DNA from: a virus
Lineage: Duplodnaviria > Caudoviricetes
DNA length: 47,121 bases
Virus record (IMG/VR): IMGVR_UViG_3300044580_000315
Coordinates: 1-47,121 of that record
Direction: 5' to 3' (one strand)
The number at the start of each line of letters is the position of its first letter. The stretch's first letter is position 1. Shown here in pieces: positions 1 through 6,245 of the stretch. Below the pieces are notes generated by a model, which saw nothing but the letters and a program-made list of their open reading frames with translations, did no database searches and was not told where the DNA came from. The translations under genes and the position numbers were made by a program.

Positions 1-2
1 AT

Positions 3-290
3 CTTCCCGCCCTTACCTATTCTCTTAGCCTATATAATTGCCCGCTTGTCACTGGTGCATTGCCGGTGCCAACAGCATCTACTTTTAGGGCCTATAAGAT
101 ACATTTACCAGACTGTACAGGCATTCAGGTTGCCAATAGCATTGTCAACATGGCGACGTACTGGAATGGCAAAACTGCTCCTACTGGAGCCGTTTTGAAT
201 ATGGGGTCACTTCGGGCCGAATATGACGTAACCACCGAAGTATCGCAGCTCGTTGCGGCTGGCTTTACTGTTACTTATACGCCTTATTGA
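3..290 (+). CDS. 3' end of the LRR fibre gene (last LRR plus C-terminal cap)
   Basis: Frame 3 is open from the window start: LPALTYSLSLYNCPLVTGALPVPTAS...TYTPY*. It continues the repeat register seen at the window end. Track ORF 60..290 is in this frame. Confidence 0.8.
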   Translation, partial: LPALTYSLSLYNCPLVTGALPVPTASTFRAYKIHLPDCTGIQVANSIVNMATYWNGKTAPTGAVLNMGSLRAEYDVTTEVSQLVAAGFTVTYTPY

Positions 291-302
291 CAGGAGGATT
301 AT

Positions 303-473
303 ATGAAATATCTAAAATATGCTGATTGGATTGCAGCAGACAAGGTACTTCCCGATGACACCGCCGTCCTTTTGTCCTCAGACGAATATTCTTCCCATAA
401 GGACGAGTTACACGGAATTCCCATCTGCGTCTCTCCGACAGGAGAGGCCCCCACTGAAGATGAGGAAGTATGA
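303..473 (+). CDS. Small acidic hypothetical protein (56 aa)
   Basis: AGGAGG RBS upstream. Translates as MKYLKYADWIAADKVLPDD...EDEEV*. Below the ORF-track length cutoff. Confidence 0.65.
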   Translation: MKYLKYADWIAADKVLPDDTAVLLSSDEYSSHKDELHGIPICVSPTGEAPTEDEEV

Positions 474-640
474 CCAGAATCATCGTTTCAATCCACGCGC
501 CCGTCGACGCGGTGCAAGAGTGGCCGGCCGATATTACTTGGCCGGAGCCGCCGGAGCTGGAGACGCAAGAGGCTTTTGCCGCGCGGATTGCGGAGGGCTG
601 GTACAAAGACCCGCAGTGGCCGCAGAAACCAGAGGCGTAA
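470..640 (+). CDS. Small hypothetical protein (56 aa)
   Basis: ATGA overlap with the previous ORF. Translates as MTRIIVSIHAPVDAVQEWP...KPEA*. Confidence 0.5.
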   Translation: MTRIIVSIHAPVDAVQEWPADITWPEPPELETQEAFAARIAEGWYKDPQWPQKPEA

Positions 641-642
641 TT

Positions 643-963
643 GTGGATACTGTCATCGACACTGCCGTGGCGCTGGTAACAACCGCGATACTCACAGGCA
701 CATGGGCGATTGCCCGCAAGCGGTATCGCTTGCTGAATCAAAGAGATGCACTGCTTGCCGAGGTGCAGCAGACGCTGCTTGCCGTGCGTGATGACAATCG
801 CTGCCAGTATACCGCGCTTTTGGCGGTCATTGATGCGCAGGAGCTACAGCTGCACGCGCTGAAAGGCAAAAAGATGAACGGCAATGTTGATGACGCGCTG
901 GAAAGAATACGCGAAGCGCGCGAGGAAATCCAATCACACCTTGTCGAGGCGGGATGCAAATGA
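643..963 (+). CDS. Putative holin/antiholin-like membrane protein (one N-terminal TM helix plus coiled coil)
   Basis: GTG start after GAGG. Hydrophobic AVALVTTAILTGTWAIA followed by RKRYR. Directly upstream of the endolysin with an ATGA overlap. Confidence 0.55.
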   Translation: MDTVIDTAVALVTTAILTGTWAIARKRYRLLNQRDALLAEVQQTLLAVRDDNRCQYTALLAVIDAQELQLHALKGKKMNGNVDDALERIREAREEIQSHLVEAGCK

Positions 964-1415
964 GCAGGAGAGTCGAGGACTTAGACCAGCGCTGTCAAGA
1001 CGCCGCGCGCAAGACGCTCGATGCGCTGACCGCTGATGATGAGTTAAAAAACTCTGGCGTGGCTGGCTGGCTGGTTGTCGAGACGCGGCGCGAGCTGGCG
1101 ACACAAATGGCGTACTTTGCCCGCGGACGCATGGCTCCCGACCATGTGCGGATGATGTACGACGCCGCGGGGATAAAACAACAACTCACCGACAAGGAGA
1201 CGCAGACTGCAATCACGACAACGCTCAAGAGCAGGCACCTGTCAGGGCTGGCAATGGATATAGTGCCCGTCAAGGCCGATGGAACAGTGTGGTGGGACGC
1301 ACCCGCGCGAGTCTGGATGCGTATGGCCACAATCGCAGAGGGTTTTGGCTGGGAGTCGGGTGTGCGCTGGAAAGACTTCCCCGACTTCCCGCACCTGCAA
1401 TGGAGGCTGTCATGA
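960..1415 (+). CDS. Endolysin, M15 family peptidase (L-Ala-D-Glu peptidase-like)
   Basis: ETRR...Q..YFARGR, SRHLSGLAMD, GWESGVRWKDFPDFPHLQ motifs supply the His/Asp/His zinc ligands. Confidence 0.85.
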   Translation: MSRRVEDLDQRCQDAARKTLDALTADDELKNSGVAGWLVVETRRELATQMAYFARGRMAPDHVRMMYDAAGIKQQLTDKETQTAITTTLKSRHLSGLAMDIVPVKADGTVWWDAPARVWMRMATIAEGFGWESGVRWKDFPDFPHLQWRLS

Positions 1416-1801
1416 GCGCAGGCTACACGCAAGAGCAGGACGGTAGCCGCTCGATGCGGAGATTGCTGGCGCTGTACTACTCGCTCTTGTCGGGCGCGCT
1501 CTTGCTTATCGGTGCACTCTATGGCACGACAGCGGGCATTTACGGCGGGCTAGGCTGCGCGCTGGTGGTGCTGGTACTGCTGGGCTTGACGACAATCAGC
1601 GACCTGCGCGGCATCAACTATCCGGTAATACCGGATGGTTCGAGCGGCGTAAAAATGGACAACGGACTGCCTAAATTACGCCAAAATTCGGACAGCGAAC
1701 TAACAGATTTTGATGGCAAAGTCGACAAAGTGTCGACAACCATGACAGGAGCAAGTACGAGCGATGCGCCGGGCAGTTACGAGTACCGGCGCTGGGAATA
1801 G
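1412..1801 (+). CDS. Two-TM membrane protein, holin candidate
   Basis: GGAGG RBS. Two hydrophobic segments after SMRR. Lies within the lysis cassette. Confidence 0.55.
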   Translation: MSAGYTQEQDGSRSMRRLLALYYSLLSGALLLIGALYGTTAGIYGGLGCALVVLVLLGLTTISDLRGINYPVIPDGSSGVKMDNGLPKLRQNSDSELTDFDGKVDKVSTTMTGASTSDAPGSYEYRRWE

Positions 1802-1810
1802 GAGGGCTAG

Positions 1811-2146
1811 ATGAATGACAAAATCGGCAAGGACATTGCTATCGTTATTGTTTGCATTTTGCTTATTATCGCCGCTTACAGCGCAATCACAACCAGCCGC
1901 GAGCTGGGAGACATTCGACGAGCTAATAACGAGCTTGCAGAGCGAAATCGACAACTTGAACTCTCAAATACTGTCTATTCAAACCAACTTAATGCAATCA
2001 CAGATCGAATCCGAAACGCTCAAGCAGCAGCTCAAGGAGCGGGAGATAGCGTACAGCGAATTAAGCGCATCGTTAGTGAAATCCAAGCAATCTCTCTCAT
2101 TCTACGAGAAAATAGTAATCCCCCTAGCGGCAATCCTAGCCCTTAG
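1811..2146 (+). CDS. i-spanin-like protein (N-terminal TM plus coiled coil)
   Basis: AGGAGG RBS. IAIVIVCILLIIAAY anchor followed by heptad-rich sequence. Downstream of the endolysin. Confidence 0.55.
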   Translation: MNDKIGKDIAIVIVCILLIIAAYSAITTSRELGDIRRANNELAERNRQLELSNTVYSNQLNAITDRIRNAQAAAQGAGDSVQRIKRIVSEIQAISLILRENSNPPSGNPSP

Positions 2147-2180
2147 CATCGGCTTCAATGTCTATCAGATGGTTCATTAA
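1815..2180 (+). CDS. Overlapping spanin-like protein (signal peptide, coiled coil, C-terminal TM)
   Basis: +1 frame relative to 1811..2146. Signal-like MTKSARTLLSLLFAFCLLSPLTAQ and C-terminal IVIPLAAILALSIGFNVY. Confidence 0.55.
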   Translation: MTKSARTLLSLLFAFCLLSPLTAQSQPAASWETFDELITSLQSEIDNLNSQILSIQTNLMQSQIESETLKQQLKEREIAYSELSASLVKSKQSLSFYEKIVIPLAAILALSIGFNVYQMVH

Positions 2181-2218
2181 AATGCAGTTCAAACCACTTC
2201 GCAGTAAAAGAGGACACA

Positions 2219-2998
2219 ATGCCACGCAAAGTTGTAGTAATCTCGGATTCTCACAGTGGGCACCACTTCGGCTATGCGCAGGAAAAATATTGGCCGAGAC
2301 AGTCAGATGATGAAAGATATGAAAAAGTGAGGATTTGGCAGGAAAAAACAAATGAGTGGCTTAGGGTCAAGGCCCGAGAACTTGGCCCCATAGATAAGCT
2401 AATTTGCAACGGCGACATGATCGAAGGCGACGGCTACCGCTCTGGCGGCGTTGAGCTTTTCACCACTGATAGATTAAAGCAAGTTGAGATGGCCTCGGAG
2501 CTTATCTCTCTATTTGATTATAAAAGCCTTACCATTGTCGACGGCACCGACTCCCACACTGGCCTCTCAGAAAATTACGAAGAGACCCTCGCCCAAAACT
2601 TCGGCCTCCACGCACAAGATCATGCCTGGGTAACTCATGCAGGCGTCACTATAGAGTTCAAACACCACATCGGCAGCACGCAGACTCCTCGCGGCACGCC
2701 GCCTGCCTTGTCTCGAGATGCAGTGTGGAACTTGCTGTGGGCCGAGAAAAAAATGCAGCCCAAGAGTGACATTATAGTGCGCTCGCATCTGCATCATTTA
2801 CACTTTACCGGCGACTCTGGCTTCTTAGGCATAGTAACTCCAGCACTCCAGGGCTGGACTCGCTATGGCGCCCGACGAATGAGCAAAACGATAGACTTCG
2901 GCCTATTGGAAATAACTATCTTTGACAATGGAGACTACTCATGGAAGACACATATTCTGAATCCACTTTTTGCGGCGGCCAAGGCAGAACAACTGTAA
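2219..2998 (+). CDS. Calcineurin-like metallophosphoesterase
   Basis: ISDSHSG, CNGDMIEG, GTDSH, KHH and RSHLHH metal-binding motifs. Confidence 0.8.
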   Translation: MPRKVVVISDSHSGHHFGYAQEKYWPRQSDDERYEKVRIWQEKTNEWLRVKARELGPIDKLICNGDMIEGDGYRSGGVELFTTDRLKQVEMASELISLFDYKSLTIVDGTDSHTGLSENYEETLAQNFGLHAQDHAWVTHAGVTIEFKHHIGSTQTPRGTPPALSRDAVWNLLWAEKKMQPKSDIIVRSHLHHLHFTGDSGFLGIVTPALQGWTRYGARRMSKTIDFGLLEITIFDNGDYSWKTHILNPLFAAAKAEQL

Positions 2999-3237
2999 CA
3001 GTTCCCTTTACTGCCGAGGAAATCCTCTTGTCTCTCAAGGCTCTTGAGCCGCAGCATTTTGGCGTCCTCCTCTCTCCTGAGCAGGAGTGGGTGCTATGGA
3101 CTTCTTATCCTAAGTATAGAAAAATCGATATTGCGAAAGCTTTTGGCCTTAGCAGAACGACAGTACAGCGTCTTTATAAAGAACTTGTCAAATCAGGTGG
3201 GCCTAGAGGCGAAAAGCCCTCTTATATAAAGGAGTAA
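2941..3237 (+). CDS. Small helix-turn-helix protein (start uncertain)
   Basis: KIDIAKAFGLSRTTVQRLYKE HTH pattern. Confidence 0.65.
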   Translation: MEDTYSESTFCGGQGRTTVTVPFTAEEILLSLKALEPQHFGVLLSPEQEWVLWTSYPKYRKIDIAKAFGLSRTTVQRLYKELVKSGGPRGEKPSYIKE

Positions 3238-3240
3238 CTT

Positions 3241-3459
3241 ATGGAAACTAACTCTCTTGTGGAGCACCCGCAGCACTACTGCTACGGCAAAGTGGAGCTT
3301 ATTGATCTTATCGAAAACCTTCCTTTTAGTAGGGGCTGCATAATAAAGTATGTGTATAGAGCTGGCCACAAGGAGAGTGAGCCAGAGCTTAAAGACCTTA
3401 AAAAGGCCTTGTGGTATTTGCAGCGAGAAATTGCCAGACTCGAGAACATAGACAAGTAA
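3241..3459 (+). CDS. DUF3310-type protein (T7 gp1.7 / SaV-like)
   Basis: VEHPQHY...IDLIE...F.RG.IIKYVYRAGHK...DLKKALWYL signature. Confidence 0.8.
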   Translation: METNSLVEHPQHYCYGKVELIDLIENLPFSRGCIIKYVYRAGHKESEPELKDLKKALWYLQREIARLENIDK

Positions 3460-3477
3460 ATCTTCTTGTGGTATGAT
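3449..3477 (+). promoter_or_regulatory. Sigma70-type promoter
   Basis: TAGACA-17nt-TATGAT with TG extension, upstream of the gene at 3509. Confidence 0.5.
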
Positions 3478-3508
3478 CTTAAAAGAGAGGATTAAAGGAG
3501 GCTATCAA

Positions 3509-3691
3509 ATGCCTATCAAGAAGACAGGTTCTTACAGAGGAAAATCCAACAAGCTCGGTTATGGCGGCAGAAGCGCGCAGCTGCGAGACCAAGGTGTTCC
3601 TGAAGGTGTTATAGGCCAGCTCGCCCGCAAAGCACAGGCAGCCCCAGGCCAAAAAAATTACCATGGCGGCAAAAAGAAAGGTAAGAAGTAA
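3509..3691 (+). CDS. Small very basic protein (possibly DNA-binding or virion-associated)
   Basis: AAGGAGG RBS. K/G/R-rich, ends GGKKKGKK. Confidence 0.65.
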   Translation: MPIKKTGSYRGKSNKLGYGGRSAQLRDQGVPEGVIGQLARKAQAAPGQKNYHGGKKKGKK

Positions 3692-4347
3692 TGGCTTACT
3701 TAGATATCTATAAAGGTGGGGCTACTAAGTCAATTGTTCCACTCTCCACTTCAGATATAAGTACTTCGGCATTTCCTTATATCAACAAGTTTTTGAAAGT
3801 GAAAAAAGGAAGTTATTACAATAGCTATACTGCCGTAAAGCATTCTTACAACCACCCTAATCCTTCAGGCTTGAGAGTCCAAGCTGACGGCATAGAGTAT
3901 GACATAATATCGGGATCACCTCTTGTCGATGATGGGGTTTTAGGATCGGCGCCACACTTCGCATGGTACGGCCTTGGAGCAACTTTTGACGTGAATGCTT
4001 ATTATGAGTCTAGAACTGTGATTTACAGTAGCTTGGAGCCTATCAGCAAATTTTACACTTACCACCTTAGCGGACAAACTATGAAGTATAGAATGCAAGT
4101 GCAATTCAAGTTGACTTGTAAAATTGCAACTCATGTTTATGGCTTTGTAAGAATACAGTACACTGACGAGCATGGAGCATTCCGTCAAATAGATTCAGAT
4201 ATTTATGATGCTGGTTGGCCAGCAGCAGCTCAGGGGACAGTAAATTTTTCTGACGTATTTCCGGCAAATAACTATGCGACTGTTCAGATCATAGCGTATG
4301 GAACAATAGCTGGAAGCAACTATGTCCACATCTATAAGCCAACTTAA
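3691..4347 (+). CDS. Hypothetical beta-rich protein, possibly tail-associated
   Basis: 218-aa ORF coupled by TAATG. Tyr/Ser/Gly-rich. Adjacent to a fibre gene. Confidence 0.55.
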   Translation: MAYLDIYKGGATKSIVPLSTSDISTSAFPYINKFLKVKKGSYYNSYTAVKHSYNHPNPSGLRVQADGIEYDIISGSPLVDDGVLGSAPHFAWYGLGATFDVNAYYESRTVIYSSLEPISKFYTYHLSGQTMKYRMQVQFKLTCKIATHVYGFVRIQYTDEHGAFRQIDSDIYDAGWPAAAQGTVNFSDVFPANNYATVQIIAYGTIAGSNYVHIYKPT

Positions 4348-4358
4348 AGGAGATTTTC

Positions 4359-5411
4359 ATGTATACAAGAATGCTTGCAAGGGCTGCTACTTTAGCTGAA
4401 TGGACTGCCAATCAAACCACTGTTTTGGGCCAAGGCGAGTTTGGCTACGTCATTGGAACTTCCCAGCTCAAAGTAGGTGACGGAGTCACTCCCTGGGCTT
4501 CCCTTCCTTACATTTCTTCAGGAACTGTTGACCCTTCAGGCATTACTCTCGACGATATTGCCGACGGCAGCTCTACCACTCGAATCCTTGCTGCGATAGC
4601 TGCAGTCTTGAACAGCGGCCACCTCAACTCCCTTGTCGATGACGCCACTACCTTAAATGCAGGCAAAGTACTCCTCGCCTCTAACTCAGAAAATGCCTCG
4701 GGCAAAGCAGTCCAAGCCAACGATGCAAGGCTTTCAAACAACAGAAACCCAACTGCCCACGCTGCAACCCACGAGGCAGGTGGCTCCGATCCTATTACCC
4801 TTTCCTTTTCTCTCGATGACATATCCGAAGGAGTAACTTCTAAAAAAATAGATGCTGCAAAAGCGGATACTATCAATAGTGGTGACGTTTCTTCCCTTGT
4901 TCCCGACGCTTCTACGAGCGTGAAAGGTAAGGTTCAGCTCGCAGCTTCAGGCAGTAGCGACGCCGGCAAAGCAGTCCAGGGGAATGACACTCGCCTTTCC
5001 AATGCGAGGACTCCTCTGACTCACGCAGCTACTCACAAAACAGGTGGCTCTGACGCTCTTACTGCTGCTGACGTAGGAGCTGCTACCTCAAGTGATATCA
5101 CAACTGCAGTAAATAACCATGCAGCAGTAACCACTTCTATTCACGGTATTGCAGACACTTCTGTCTTAGCCTCAAAACCTAAAACAGGTGCAGGCAGCGG
5201 TCACATTGAACCTCTTTCAGGAGCTGCCAACTCTACAGTGACTTTGCCGGGGACTTCTGCCGATAGCTACTTCTACTTCATTTTGCAGATGAAAACTGAT
5301 GGCACCCTTTATGCGGCAGAACCTATGCTGTGCAGTGTTGCGGCAGGAGCCACAGTCCTCGGCACCGGTAGGTCAGGCTATAAATATATCGGTTTCTGCT
5401 ACAAAAACTAA
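4359..5411 (+). CDS. Tail fibre with hyaluronidase/Mtd-type N-terminal anchor and an internal ~88-aa duplication
   Basis: AEW...VLGQGEFGY...QLKVGDGVTPWASLPY motif. Two copies of LDDI...GKAVQxNDxRLSNxRxPxxHAATHxxGGSD. Confidence 0.75.
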   Translation: MYTRMLARAATLAEWTANQTTVLGQGEFGYVIGTSQLKVGDGVTPWASLPYISSGTVDPSGITLDDIADGSSTTRILAAIAAVLNSGHLNSLVDDATTLNAGKVLLASNSENASGKAVQANDARLSNNRNPTAHAATHEAGGSDPITLSFSLDDISEGVTSKKIDAAKADTINSGDVSSLVPDASTSVKGKVQLAASGSSDAGKAVQGNDTRLSNARTPLTHAATHKTGGSDALTAADVGAATSSDITTAVNNHAAVTTSIHGIADTSVLASKPKTGAGSGHIEPLSGAANSTVTLPGTSADSYFYFILQMKTDGTLYAAEPMLCSVAAGATVLGTGRSGYKYIGFCYKN

Positions 5412-5419
5412 GTAATTAC

Positions 5420-5449
5420 TTGACATAATAATCCCCTCCTCGCTATACT
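5420..5449 (+). promoter_or_regulatory. Sigma70-type promoter of the replication operon
   Basis: TTGACA-18nt-TATACT in the intergenic gap, followed by an AAGGAG RBS. Confidence 0.75.
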
Positions 5450-5484
5450 AAAAGTGTCCATTTAATTCATACAAGGAGAAAAGT

Positions 5485-6039
5485 ATGCAGGTAAATCTTC
5501 CTAAGAACCTTTTCATTAAGGAAGCAGAAGTCGGTTTTTTCAAAGGAGGCCTCTACGATGGGGCGTATGGCCTTACTCTCACCTTTTCAGGGCAGGATTT
5601 CGACTCTACCGACATTCTTGCAGAGGTTATCTACCCGATAACCAAGTTGCAATTCCCGCAGCGCAAGCTCGTTCGTCTCCAAGGCCTTTTCCCTGTAAAG
5701 AGTCCTTTGATGAAAGTCTTCCTTCAGACCCTCAAGTCGTGGGGGTTTACGATCCACCTTATCGTCGATCACAACCAGTTAGAGCTGGCCTCAGTGCCCC
5801 TCGTCGACTGGCTCATCTTACGCACGACCAAGCCCTTTATTCCCATTGTTTCCAGTGAACTTTGGTATCTGCCTTTATTGCAGGAGAGAGAAGGAGACGA
5901 TGCGGCCCAGGAAGGACTCGTTGACCCAATAATCCCGCAGCCGGAAAAGACTCTCCTGTACCTCGAGAAGAGTGGGTATAGCATGGGCGCCCTGACCAAG
6001 TTCGTGGTGTCCTCTAAATACAATTGGCTGTTGCTGTAG
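5485..6039 (+). CDS. Hypothetical protein resembling a cysteine-less QueE / radical-SAM activase fold
   Basis: Segments in the same order as QueE motifs (see findings). No Cys in the protein. Confidence 0.45.
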   Translation: MQVNLPKNLFIKEAEVGFFKGGLYDGAYGLTLTFSGQDFDSTDILAEVIYPITKLQFPQRKLVRLQGLFPVKSPLMKVFLQTLKSWGFTIHLIVDHNQLELASVPLVDWLILRTTKPFIPIVSSELWYLPLLQEREGDDAAQEGLVDPIIPQPEKTLLYLEKSGYSMGALTKFVVSSKYNWLLL

Positions 6040-6047
6040 GCTCCAGT

Positions 6048-6245
6048 ATGCAAAGAAAGAAAGTGGGCAAGTTCGTCTCCCTTACAGACGAAAAACCTAT
6101 TGCGATCTATCCGAGCCAACGCGCAGCGGCCCTCATTGAAGGGGTATCGCGTCAGGCAATCAATCAGGCCATTCGATCTTTGTTCAAAGTAAATGGCCAC
6201 TACTTCATGGAGCTGCCCGATGACGAGAACAAAGCAATCTTGTAG
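6048..6245 (+). CDS. NUMOD1-like small DNA-binding protein
   Basis: IYPSQRAAALIEGVSRQAINQAIR...NGHYF pattern. Confidence 0.55.
   Translation: MQRKKVGKFVSLTDEKPIAIYPSQRAAALIEGVSRQAINQAIRSLFKVNGHYFMELPDDENKAIL

Noticed and set aside
319-642. N-terminal extension of track ORF 319..963
   Set aside because: Better explained by two coupled small ORFs (303..473, 470..640) and a GTG start at 643.
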